DNA from: Cyanophora paradoxa CCMP329
Lineage: Eukaryota > Plantae > Glaucophyta
Assembly: GCA_004431415.1 (NCBI GenBank)
Contig: QPMI01000453.1
Location: 496,001 to 560,000 of the forward strand
Direction: 5' to 3'
Length of the DNA stretch: 64,000 bases
The notes beneath the pieces are model-generated. The model ran no database searches. It saw nothing but the letters and a program-made list of their open reading frames with translations, and was not told the origin of the DNA. A program made the position numbers and the translations under genes. Each line of letters starts with the position of its first letter. Positions within the stretch are counted from its first letter, which is position 1. This document shows, piece after piece, positions 1-17,791 of this stretch.

Positions 1-629
1 GACTTGTGCGCAGTCTTTCATGTGGACTCCTGAGGCCGCGGCCGTTGCCGGCCGGCCATACTCGCCCCTACTGCTCAGCGCCGCCACACCCATCCGCCCG
101 GTGCGACACATAGCGAGCTTTCCTTATTTTTCCTTATTTGCTTCCTGCATTTGATTGTCCGAGGCTCCTGCAGGGCTTCCACGCGGGATTCCTCTTCGCG
201 CTCATGATCATGATCAGCTTTATTGCAGCCGGGCTTGTGCATGTGGCCGCGTACTAGCTAAATGTGATTCAATACTCGTTAACGTTGACATCTTACATGA
301 ATTAAGTAACAGTCGATTCGACCTAATCATTTTTGAATTGTGCAATTTTCGCCTCCTCATTTCGAACTCGTAGACTCACATGTAGCTATACAGTTATAGC
401 AACGCTATTATAGACCCCCTGGGAATCTTCCGAATCCAGGTTCTTAACGGCAGACCAGCCTGAATTCGAACAGAGCTGTTCAGGACGGGCGCGATTTACA
501 ACTACAACCGATCACTGACGCGGGGACAGGCCCTGAGGCTCTCTGGGCGGCTCTGGGGGTCCTCGGGGGCCCCCGGGGCACCCCCTCCGTGCAGCTCCGC
601 CGATCAGGTGCACTGACTCGGTGACAGGC

Positions 630-7100
<6,471 letters not shown>

Positions 7101-7305
7101 CGCGGAGGCTAGAAGGAGAGTAGCAAGCGCTGCCGGCGAGCTGCCGCCGGCCTGCTGCGTGAGGCCGTGAGCTGCTCGTCAACTTCGACGAAGAACGCGT
7201 ACCCGGCACGCGCGAGTCAAAGCTGCCCCACGTGCCTCGTTCGTCGCAGGAGCGCGCGTGATCGGTGCAGGAGTGTCGGCGCTAGCATCCTCGAACGATT
7301 GCCGC
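7101..7305. promoter_or_regulatory. Probable shared bidirectional promoter/5'UTR region between Hsp70 and GNAT
   Basis: Only 205 bp separate the two divergent ATGs (7100 minus, 7306 plus). No specific motif identified. Confidence 0.5.
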
Positions 7306-8403
7306 ATGGCTCCGTCGCAGCCGGCCGAGACGCTCGCGGCGGGCGGCTCTCCGCTTCGGTTCCGCAAGGTCCGAGAGGATGAGGTGGACAAGCTGAGCTC
7401 TTTCACGTGCAGAGCTTTCGAGGCGCGCGCCCCCCGCCGCGCCCCCAGCCACGCCCCGTTGCGACATCTGACGAGACTCCGCGCCGGCGGACGCAGGAGT
7501 TCGAGGCGCACATCCTGCGCACACCGAAGCTTTTGCCGGAGGACGTGCGGGCGCACTGGGCCCAAGGGGAATTCCTCGTCTGCGAGTCCGCCGCGACTGA
7601 GGCGGGCGCCTCGGCGCCGACGTGGTTCTCCACGTGCTACATCCAGAAGGCAGGCAGGTGCGTCGCGTTCGGCGCTCGCGCGCGCGTCCCGCCGTGGTCG
7701 GTTCGCCCACGCGCCGATTCGCGGAGCGACGCGGCTGCTGCCGGCTAGCGCCAGCCACGCCACGCAGCGCCGCGCGGCCGTCGATGACACCGTCCTGGCA
7801 GCGATATCTGGCTGCGGTACCTCGCCGTCCCGCCAGAGCACAGGAAGCGCGGGTGCGCATCGATTTCGCACCGCAACCCTTGCCCGCTCGTTCCCGAGAA
7901 GCGTTCTCGGCGGGCCCCGCGCCCCGCGCCGACGCCGCTCGTTCTCAGGTTGGCGCGCGCCATGATTGAGCACGTGGAAAGCCTCGGCCGATCGCGCGGA
8001 TGCTCCCACATCGTAAATTGATCCCCGCGCGCCCGCCCGCGGCCGCGGCCGCCGCGGCGCGGCCTTCGCCCACGCCGCCCCCTTCGCCCTTCGCAGAAGC
8101 TCGTCATTGCGGAGATTCGCTCGCCGGACCTGCAGCCGCTGTACGAGCGGCTCGGCTTCGCGTACACCGGCGCCACTCAGGTGAGTCTGAGGTTGCGGGG
8201 GGGGGAGGGGAGGGGGGGGGGAGCTAAGCTTAAGGCGGCGGGACTGGAAACCTGAACGCCGAAGCGATCAACAACTACAAACAGACAAAGCCCTATGTTT
8301 ACATATCGCTCATTAATACAATCCTTCAATTTCGCAGGTGGCCGACATCCCCGCCCGCCTCCAGTTCCCCGTCAAGCTCCTCGAGATGAGCAAGGCCCTC
8401 TAG
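7306..8403 (+). CDS. GNAT-family N-acetyltransferase, ~6 exons
   Basis: Spliced product: MAPSQ...LRFRKVREDEVDKL...DIWLRYLAVPPEHRKRG|LARAMIEHVESLGRSRGCSHI|KLVIAEIRSPDLQPLYERLGFAYTG...LLEMSKAL*. It has the acetyl-CoA motif A (V.PE.R.RG.A) and the LYERLGF motif. Stop TAG at 8401-8403. Confidence 0.88.
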
Positions 8404-9341
8404 CCCTCCACGCTAGTTCTCCGATCCCAGGCCCCGCTTAGGCAGTCCGCGGACTTTCTGGTCCTATGCTTGTCTCATAGTCTTAGGCTAGGCATTTTCT
8501 TAGGGCATTTCATGCCGCACTTATAGCTTAGACATAGCCTGCACGGGGCTGCAGGCTATGCGCTTGGGGCGGCGTTTCTTATTTTTTGTTCTGCGTTTTT
8601 GCTAGCTTTATTCTTAGGCCCTCTCTTGTGGGCGCGCTGCTTTTCTTTTTGCGTTAGATGCATCAGTATCGATCAGTTAGCACACAGGTACGCTCCCAGG
8701 GGCGTTTGCCCCGCTGGGCCACCGGTTTTGAAGCTTTTTTGTCTCATGATCAGGGCGGTGTACGCATGCGTATACGTGGACCTGCCCAGTGGCAGAGTCA
8801 GCCAGTGTCAGTCATCGCATCATGCCGCTCATGCGCCAGTGCCAGGCACGGTGCAGATGCAAGCTCGCAGCTGCGCATGCATGATCATGAGCCGCCCGGC
8901 CGGCCGCCGGCGCCGCGGCCGTACGCGTCGCCTGCCGCGCATGGGCCACCGGCCGCCAGCCGCCGGCGCTAGAGCTCGAGGCCCCGGGCTTTGGGCGCGC
9001 GGCTCAGGCCTAGGTCCGCAGGTCGTCAGTATATGCATACCCCCCAATATTAATGGAAGCCTTCAAGGCCCCCCCTCCCCCCTCCCCCCTAGGCCTAGGC
9101 CCCCGCAGCTTCAGGCTTACGCGCCCTTGGCCAGAGGCCCCGCAGCGCATTCCGGCCTGGCGTGGCCCGTGGCTGCGCGCCCCTAGGCTTCGCCCTCCCG
9201 CCTCTACCCCCCGCGCTCCTCCCGCCTGAATGTTCCGCTATGGCGTCGAAGTCTCCCGCGGCCGGCGCCCTGACTACGATCACGAGGACGAGATCCGCGC
9301 CCTGACTACGATCACGGTACCCCCTTCAACCCCCACCCCCC

Positions 9342-9380
<39 letters not shown>

Positions 9381-11727
9381 CCTTCCCCCGCTATCATTGA
9401 ATCGCCGGCACTGGCGGACTACCACTGCAGCTGGCCAGTAGTGACCGCACTCGACTCGGCGAATTCAAACTTGAGCCCGAGCTCGAGCTCGAGCTCGAGA
9501 TTACAGGGGCGCGCTCCGCAAGATCTAGAGTCTCGGGAGCATCCAGCCCTCCACCACCCTTCCTCTTCTCCACCCGGGCACTGCAACTGCACCCCCCCCA
9601 CATCGCTGCTCCAGCAGCCTGTCCCATCTGTTCCATGCCGCTGCACCGACACCGCCGCCTCCGCCGCCTTCCACGCCCCCTCCTTTGTCCCGCCCGGGAG
9701 CACGCCCGCTACCACCACGGCGATCTTCTACTCTCCCTCCTCATCTTTGGTATTTCGCCGCTCGGCTTCAAACCCTGAGCCCGCTAGATAGACCAATTAA
9801 CTCCCCGGCCCCAGCCCCCCGCCACCTCTCTACCCCACCTCATCGTGACCGGCCCCGGCTCGTCACGGGAGGAGGCTCCAAGAGAGCCGTCTCAAGGGTA
9901 GAGGGGGTGGGGTTCGCACTAGGGTGTAACCCTTGGGGCGCCTAGTTGGAGACCCTATAGTGGGGAGTAGACTAGGCTACAGTTTATTAGCTGGCCTAGG
10001 GTAGACCTAGGCCTAGGGTAGACAGAAAACGATGTTTTCGTGTACCAGGGGCCCTGTCCCCTAATAAACTACGGAGAACTCAAAAAAAAATCGGGAGCAT
10101 CCAGCGCAGGCTGTACAGCAGAAATCCCCTGAACTTCGGAACCGGGACGGCAGCAACACTACGGCCTGCCGGAGGCGGCGGGACCACAGCGCCATTACTA
10201 TAGCTACGGCCGCTCAGAGGCTCAGACCCCATCGCGTTTGCGGACTGTTAAAAAGCTCGCATCAAAAACAGATTGACGGGGATCTGGCCGAGTCTGCGGA
10301 TCAGGATCCGAGTCACCGTCGTCCGCGCCCTCGAGGCGAGAACGGAGGTACTCAATATTAACGCGCTCAACCGCTGGAGGTAAAGTGACCTCAAGTACCG
10401 TAGTACGTCTAAAAATCGCCGCCACATATTTAATAGAGCGGAAAGCGAGTAAACTGGCAATTGCGCGCGCGACAGTTGATCTGGTAACTGATATGCCCGC
10501 GACAGCTGGACGATAGTGTAAATCCCCGCCAAAATGTAACCCAGATATATACCGTACACCGAAGTCAGCACTGCGGCATCAACCTCCGTTAGCAGCTTGG
10601 ACGTTACCAGGGATGCATGCGGCAGATCCAGAAACATCGGCAGCGCCTTCCGGCCTGGCGTGGCTGCGCGCCCCTCGCCCTCCCGCCTCTTAAATTCCCC
10701 CCCCCCCCCCCCCCCCCCCCTCCCCCCGCCCCTTTCCTCCTCTTCCTTCGTCCCGCCTCTTCTCCCGTCCACCCCGCCCCCACCCCTCTCGCGCCCCGCA
10801 CTGCCCGCCCCGCCCCGCCTCTTCCCCGCCCCCGACGCCTCCCCCCGCCTTGCCTCCCCCCCGCCCCTCCCCCGGCCCCCCCTCCCCGCCACCCTCCCCC
10901 CTGTACACTTGCACCGTGGCACGCGGCCATGTTCTGAGTGTCAGGAAGCCTTTGAAGTTGCCAAAAAGTTGAGCTTTGATGGTCTGGAATTTTATGTTAT
11001 GTAAGGCCGCAGATCTAGAACACTGCAGCGGCCGATTTCGTGCACGTGCACGCACGTGTTGCCGAACATATGCATTTTTGATGCCGTCACGGTCCGGTCG
11101 ACGTCCATTGCGAGGGCCCCGGGCCGCCGCGGAGCCGCCACGCAGTTTGGCGAGCGAGGAAGGGCGCGACGGTCTCCTGGGGCCGCCGGGTGCGTCGGAG
11201 AACGTGTCGAGCGAGAACGAGCCGCCACGAGCGTCAGGCGCCGGTCAGGCGGCCTGCAGGCGAGAGGCCGTTCCCTGTACCGCGGGCGGGGGCAGTGAGA
11301 CGCGATTTCGATATAGGAAGTCTAGAATTCAATGATTGAGGGCGCGACGGAGGCGGCCGCGGGCGGGGGGGAGCGGGACGCCAGAAGGGACGGCCCGCGG
11401 CCCGCGGGCAGAATTTAACTTTCAAAGTTTCAGTTTCCGAGTTCTACATAGATCTAACTTCTAGGCTGCGGCGCGACAGATGCGCCACGGGCCACGGCTC
11501 GGAAATGCAAGCTTAAGGGGGATTACCGTTCATCATCACGGTTCACGGTTCATGCCGGCACCGGCGGGATGCCGCATGATGCCTCGGATGCCGCAGTGCA
11601 CGCCATGCTGATACGTGCCATTTCCGAAGTTTCATGCTGATACGCATACAGGCTGAATACCTGGCTGATACATGCTGATCTAGATTCTAGATCTAGAATT
11701 ACGAATCTTAATTTACGATCATGCCAT

Positions 11728-12235
11728 TGTCGCGGGCGATGGCAAGACCAAGTCTGGCTAGAGCTTGGCCGGCGCCGGCTGGGCCGGGCGTGGTCGCGGG
11801 CCGCGGGCCGGGAGCCGGCTAGGCGTGGCCGGTCGCGACTTGGCTTGGTGACTTTCGGGCGCAGCCGAATGATTTTCGGTGCAGCGGTTGTTGGGGTTCG
11901 GAACCCAAGTCGGAACCCAATCGGGATCCTAGAACCGTGAAAGTCCTAGAAAATACTTGCTAGTTTGCAACGCGGGCTAGTATAAGTAGCCGCTGACCTG
12001 CCAAAGTTGTCATTCTTTGTGAGGCGCACAGCCTCGAAATACTAGCAGCGAAACTCTGCCATTTTTCATCTGCAACTTGGGAGCACATCAGGGGCGGCCG
12101 CGCGCGGGCTAAGCATTAAGGGAACATCGTCAGGGATCAGAGATCCAGGTCTGTAATTACTCTGTTATTAGGCCTCTGGTTACAAACCCCTAGACTATAT
12201 CTGGGCCTTGCCCGGATTTAACCAGGCGCTTAATA
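11728..12235 (+). repeat. 5' LTR
   Basis: TGTCGCGGGCGATGG...GGCGCTTAATA, repeated at 15662-16169. Confidence 0.93.
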
Positions 12236-12237
12236 CG

Positions 12238-12248
12238 TGGGGGCTGCT
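12238..12248 (+). promoter_or_regulatory. Primer-binding site, probably for tRNA-Pro
   Basis: TGGGGGCTGCT begins 2 nt after the LTR end. TGGGGGCT matches the start of the classical tRNA-Pro PBS. The host tRNA is not available for comparison. Confidence 0.6.
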
Positions 12249-12804
12249 CAAAACTTTCAGCTAGCTCTTCAAAGCTAGCTGGCCGACCTCTACGTCGCGA
12301 TGCGCATAGCTGCTGCGCATGCGGAAGTCGCTGCGTACTGACCGGAGCCTTTGCGCATGTTCGCGACTCCTACTATCAACTTGGCGCGACCTGCTGCGCG
12401 GGTGAGCGGACGCTACCGCGCGCCAGCGCTACGCGTCGCTTTAAAAGATGCGTACATGGTCGCCCTGCCTGGGCTAGCTACTAGGCTAGCCGCGAGCGCT
12501 CTAGCAGCCGCGGTATGACGCCGCTAGCTATAGCGGGGCCCCGGCATGCGCACGCGCGCGCGTACGTCTGCGCCGCGACCAGTGTCTGATCCGGGCCCGC
12601 TCGACGCAGCGTTCGCATCACAGGCCTAGGCCGGATCGGATTCTGCGGCGCGAGCGCACTCGAGCTCTATAGGCGTGGCATCGCCGGCCGACGGGCGCCG
12701 AGCTCCGAGGCTCGCCGATTCGACGCCGAGCTCGCGGGCCGGGGGCCGCCAGCCAGGGCAGTGGCGGGCCCGGGGCGGCGGCTGCAGCTGCGCATGCCGC
12801 AGCC

Positions 12805-13869
12805 GTGCCCGCGGCCGCGGCGGCGGCCGCTCCGGTGCCAGCGCCAGCTCCGGGGCCAGCGCCGCTCGCGCCAGTGGCGCCGGTCGCACCAGCGGCGGCT
12901 GGGGCGCCAGTCGCGATCGGGGGCCAGCAACCAGCTGCGGCGGCAGCTGACGCTGCGCTGGAGGCGCTGAAGAGCAACCTGGACATGCATACACGTCACC
13001 GCGAGCTGAAAGAATTCAAGGAGCGAATTCCGGCGTTAACAAATACTGGCGTTCTATCGTGGATCGTATCGCTGGAGCGCCTGGCAACTTTTATTCAGCC
13101 GCCGAAATTTTTGGAGCCGGACAAGATAGTAGCGGAGCTCGCAATGTCTTCGCTGCAGCGCTCAGCAAGTGATGCTTTGACTGGAGCATTCTCGGCGACG
13201 GTGCTGGGTGCTATGGCGTCGAAGGCGACGGGCGGTGAATTTGAGATGACGTCGTGGGCAAAAATTCGTGAGCATCTGATCAGCTTGGTGCCTGGCAATA
13301 AATTCGAGCTGCTGAAGAATACGATCAAGACGGCGAGCCAGCATTTCTCAGCTCTAAACAACCCCACGGAGCTGGATGCTCAGGCTCTTATCAATAACGT
13401 TGTTTTATTTCGGCGCCTGCTTCAGCTGCAAGACTCGTGTCCGGACGAGATGTTGATCGCGGAATTAATGTCCCCGGACGCGATCACTTCGCCGGCAATG
13501 GTCAAGCTCACAAGCAGAATCACGGAGGACGCGCGTACAAATCTGGCCGAGTGGGATCGCGAATTCTTCAGTCGAGTTCGGTCCCATAACGAGCTGGAAA
13601 TGAGGCTCCAGCGGGTGAGGGCCAGCGGTGGATTTTCGGACGCGTCAGTCTCTCGCGTTGCGGGGGGTGAGCTTGGCAGCAGCAGCAAGAAGCAGAAGAC
13701 GGGCGGACAGCCTCGTTGGTGTGATGAATGCGAGAGCGGCTCGCACGACACTGTCGTCTGCAGCAAGCGACTTCAGCGGGAGCTGGAAGAGATGCGGGCG
13801 CAGTATTCGACCTGTCAGCAGGAGCTCGAGAAATATCGGAGCTCCAGCAGCCTGGCGGGCGCGAAGTAA
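12805..13869 (+). CDS. gag: Gag-like protein with C-terminal zinc knuckle
   Basis: Frame open from 12673 to TAA at 13869. Ala/Pro-rich N-terminus, helical capsid-like middle, and CDECESGSHDTVVC (C-X2-C-X4-H-X4-C) followed by a coiled-coil-like tail. True start uncertain: GTG 12805, first ATG 12985, or a spliced upstream ATG. Confidence 0.82.
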   Translation: MPAAAAAAAPVPAPAPGPAPLAPVAPVAPAAAGAPVAIGGQQPAAAAADAALEALKSNLDMHTRHRELKEFKERIPALTNTGVLSWIVSLERLATFIQPPKFLEPDKIVAELAMSSLQRSASDALTGAFSATVLGAMASKATGGEFEMTSWAKIREHLISLVPGNKFELLKNTIKTASQHFSALNNPTELDAQALINNVVLFRRLLQLQDSCPDEMLIAELMSPDAITSPAMVKLTSRITEDARTNLAEWDREFFSRVRSHNELEMRLQRVRASGGFSDASVSRVAGGELGSSSKKQKTGGQPRWCDECESGSHDTVVCSKRLQRELEEMRAQYSTCQQELEKYRSSSSLAGAK

Positions 13870-15661
13870 AGTACACGCCACGGCGGTTCGGTCTCCGCCT
13901 GTGAAGAAATTAAAAGACCAGCGGTGGAGGAGTTTGGATTTAATTCGTCGCGAAGAGGGGTGGGCCCTGCGACGTGGCGGCGTGTACTTGTAATTTTTCA
14001 GCTGCAGCCGGAGTTCAAATTGTAAGCGGAACAGCTGCAGCTTCGATTCGCGGGGCTGGATATTGCACCTGCGAAGGCGGCGGCCTTTCTTCACAGTCGA
14101 TCGCGAGGCTGGTGGCGAATCCGAAGAAGGCGTCGCTCCGTTCCGGTGAACCGGCGTCCAGGCTGGAGATGCGGACCTGCCCGAGGCCAGGGCAATACAG
14201 GAGGGCATCGGATTCAGCTGTGGGCGGGTGGTGTCAGCCGTAGAGGGCGGGAGGCCCGAGTCCAAGCTAGAGGCGCGGACCTGCTCGTGCCAGGATGGCG
14301 CTCAGGACAGCAAACGGCCGGTCGGCACCCAACCGAATAGAGACCGGAATTGGCCCTGCATTAGACGGACGCGAGCTCAGCGTTATCGTCGCCGCGGGGT
14401 TACTAAACTCAAATACTAGAACTCGAGGACGGGCCGACGGAGTCTGGCAACCGCGTGGCCGGCGGGAGGGGCAGCTGGAAATCCGCGCCCCAAGAACCCC
14501 TGCTGACTACAGCTGGCAACGGCTCTGGTCGTGGTCACGTGCTCGGAATCAAGGAGGGGACGACAAAGGAACGTGGGAACCTCTCGGCAATCGGGCGGCG
14601 CGTAGGGCCCTACGAGCCCCCGTTAGCTGTGGATGGAGCCGGTTAAAGTCGTGCTCCTGACCCGGCGGAGGATAGAGCATCCCCGGTGGACATTCTGGGT
14701 CTTCGGACTCAATGTGCAAGTGCACCTACCGCCGGCGGGCACACAGCAACCATCAACTTAGCTGTGCGTCCGACCGCAATTTAATTCTCGGGTCGAAATC
14801 GGCGGAGGATCTCGTCAGGGGGACTGAGAACAAGAGCGGAAATTTTGGATGTGCTCGACGCGGCGGCGTTCGCGCTCTGATGCACAGGATTCCCTCTCTT
14901 CTTGCCGCCTACAGATTCAGACGCAGGCCGGAGGGGCCAGACTTCGCGCGATGTCGAGGGCGCAGTTTCGTCTGCAAGGCCGACATCAATCGCGAGTCCA
15001 CGGGGGCGCAGCCTAGTCAATGGGGCTGACCCTCAAGTCTCGGTTGGGGCTTCCGGCCGTGGATCAAGGGCAGTGCCTGCGGTCCCGGAGGCTTCAGCTC
15101 GAGAGAGGGCGGGTGGGGTCCCAGCGCTAGCGGATGGCCCACCGTCCAAGAAGGGGAGAGCTGAGCAGCTTGGCAGCTGCAGCTTCGCAGTTGTACATAT
15201 CGTGTACATATCAGCCGCAGCGCGCGGCGAGCTCGAGTAGCTACGGATAGAGTAGCGAGCTCGAGAAGCATTCAAATTTCACAGCTGCAGACAGGACCAG
15301 CTGTGCGACGTCTGGATCATTTCTAGGTCCAACGGAAGCTTAGGGCAAGCCTTGGAAATATTTCCTTAGCTCAGAACCGATTCGAAATATTCTTTCGCAA
15401 CGATGGACATATATTTCTGATAGCATTAGACGTCTACATATTTATTTTGCTGTAGATAGCGCAGCCTTCGAGCTGCTAGGTCTATAGTGCAGCCTTCGTG
15501 CTGCTAGGGCCGTCAGGGCGTTAGAACGCCTCGGCCACCTTTTCTTGTAAATAGTCAGAGTCGTTTTCGATCGATATCGATATTGGACTCAACGTTTTGC
15601 TGCGACGAACGTCGCGGGAGGGATGGAGGCGCCGAGGACGGCTTTTCTCTGCTGCGACGAA

Positions 15662-16169
15662 TGTCGCGGGCGATGGCAAGACCAAGTCTGGCTAGAGCTT
15701 GGCCGGCGCCGGCTGGGCCGGGCGTGGTCGCGGGCCGCGGGCCGGGAGCCGGCTAGGCGTGGCCGGTCGCGACTTGGCTTGGTGACTTTCGGGCGCAGCC
15801 GAATGATTTTCGGTGCAGCGGTTGTTGGGGTTCGGAACCCAAGTCGGAACCCAATCGGGATCCTAGAACCGTGAAAGTCCTAGAAAATACTTGCTAGTTT
15901 GCAACGCGGGCTAGTATAAGTAGCCGCTGACCTGCCAAAGTTGTCATTCTTTGTGAGGCGCACAGCCTCGAAATACTAGCAGCGAAACTCTGCCATTTTG
16001 CATCTGCAACTTGGGAGCACATCAGGGGCGGCCGCGCGCGGGCTAAGCATTAAGGGAACATCGTCAGGGATCAGAGATCCAGGTCTGTAATTACTCTGTT
16101 ATTAGGCCTCTGGTTACAAACCCCTAGACTATATCTGGGCCTTGCCCGGATTTAACCAGGCGCTTAATA
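15662..16169 (+). repeat. 3' LTR
   Basis: Near-identical copy of 11728-12235 (ATTTTG vs ATTTTT difference). Confidence 0.93.
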
Positions 16170-17200
16170 CCATGCGCTGCGATGATGCGCATATGCATGC
16201 TGATACAGGCTCACGGTAATTCGCCAAAAAAATACAGGCTCACTGACTCTGACTATGATATATACTATGATATACAGCTTAGCAACAGCTAGCTTATCGG
16301 CCTTTAGCTTAGCCCAGCGCAGGCTGCGCAGCAGTACTACTAGCTAGTAAGTTAGCAACAGCCGTAGTACGGTGGTCCGTCACGGCGTACTGTAATTTCT
16401 GTAAAACGAGAAATGTCCGGCATTACTTTATTTCGGCAAAACCCGAAAAATGCGCCGAAATTGTGGTTCGTCGGCATCATATTTTCGGCAACACAGACAG
16501 TCCGCCTAGGCGGCGGGTACATTAATCCCTCTTCTGCCATACATCTGCACAATTCTGGCAGTTTCCGTCACCGACTCACCGACTCACCGACGCGTCACGG
16601 CGTGCCAGCGCGTGGTCCGTCAGTGGACCGTCACCGACTCGAGCTCACCGTCCGACTCGCCGAGTCGGTCCGAGTCCATGGGCCCGGTGGCCCGGCGCCG
16701 GGCCGGCGGTGGGCCGTGCAGCCCGTGCCACGGTGGCTTTTCAACTTCCACGCTCGTGGGAGGCTGGGAGCTCGCCGATCGCGAGTCGATCATACGTTTC
16801 GTTTCCCCTGAATGTGATTGTTTGGTACTTGGAACGTGAAAAGACATGCCGAGTACTATTCTGGCTGTTCTTTTTTCTGCTATTTTTTTCCGAGGTATGA
16901 ATCGGGCCATCATTTCTTTTAATCGGCCCGGCCGCCCGGCCTGGCGGCGCGCGCCGCTGCCGGCGTGCCGCCGGCGCCCGCACGGCGCGCCGGGCGCCGG
17001 GCGCCGCACTGCGGCAGTGCGCTGTGCCGCTGCCACAGCCTGCCAGTACGCGGTACTACGGTTACTACTACGTCGGTTAGTACGGTACTACTACCGTAGT
17101 ACCACGGCGTGCACTGTCTCACTGAGTCAGGCTACCGTAGTACCCGGTGACCAGCCTGGCACTGGCTGGCTGTGCCTAGTAGTCACTGAGTAGTAGGCTA

Positions 17201-17430
17201 CCGTGTAAGACTTATATACCGCGCTGACTTAACTACCGCGCTGCCAAATTACCGCGCTCAAAATTTTTAGAACGCAGTAATTTGGTAGCGCAGTATTACC
17301 CCCTTTGCTAACAAATAATACATTTTCGAAGACGATGGAACGCGGTAATTTGGTAGCGCAGTAAAGCGCAAATCGGGCCCGAATTTATGGAACTCGCTAA
17401 TTTGTGACGCGGTATTTAAGTCTTACACGG
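17201..17430. mobile_element. MITE family A (Tc1/mariner/pogo-like, TA target duplication), 230 bp
   Basis: TA|CCGTGTAAGACTTATATACCGCG ... CGCGGTATTTAAGTCTTACACGG|TA: 23-bp TIR with 1 mismatch; internal repeats of GTAATTTGGTAGCGCAGTA. Confidence 0.88.
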
Positions 17431-17541
17431 TAGTACCACTGTACCGGTCCCTAGTGCCTACCATGCACTACTAGGCTAGTACTGGGCCAGACTCGAGCTC
17501 TCCGACTCGAGAGACTCCGAGGTTCTCTGAGACGTCGACTA

Positions 17542-17791
17542 CTGTAGGATGGCTTAAATTGCCGCCAGTGCCGCGGAGTAAAATTGCCGAATTCGCCCAA
17601 AACCGGAATTGCCGTGGCGATAAATTGCCGAATCCAGATTCTGCTCTATGGCGGGCTAGGGAAATACCTACTAGTACCCCCCACGGTGGGCCCCACCACA
17701 TTGCCGATTCTTAAAATTGCCGAATCCGGCCTCTCGGCAATTTACAGCAACTTGGCAAAATAAAGCTACGGCTAGAAAAGCCATCCTACAG
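17542..17791. mobile_element. MITE family B (TA-flanked), 250 bp
   Basis: TA|CTGTAGGATGGCTT ... AAGCCATCCTACAG|TA perfect 14-bp TIR; multiple internal AAATTGCCG motifs; related copy at 63296-63569. Confidence 0.87.

Larger units (their letters stand above)
11728..16169 (+). mobile_element. Non-autonomous gag-only LTR retrotransposon, recently inserted
   Basis: Two 508-bp direct repeats (11728-12235, 15662-16169); I saw one mismatch. CCAT lies on both flanks (11724-11727, 16170-16173). A PBS-like sequence follows the 5' LTR, there is a Gag ORF with a CCHC knuckle, and I found no RT/IN/protease ORF. Confidence 0.9.

Noticed and set aside
10222-10922. Minus-strand 224-aa ORF
   Set aside because: The first half is a poly-G translation and the rest has no recognisable domain or splice context.
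14295-14660. Chromodomain/integrase ORF in the LTR element (TWEPLGN)
   Set aside because: Only a short motif, without the upstream aromatic-cage pattern or any integrase core; kept as a remark, not called.
11728-16169. DIRS/Ngaro tyrosine-recombinase element
   Set aside because: Simple direct repeats with a TSD and PBS; no inverted or split repeats and no recombinase ORF.
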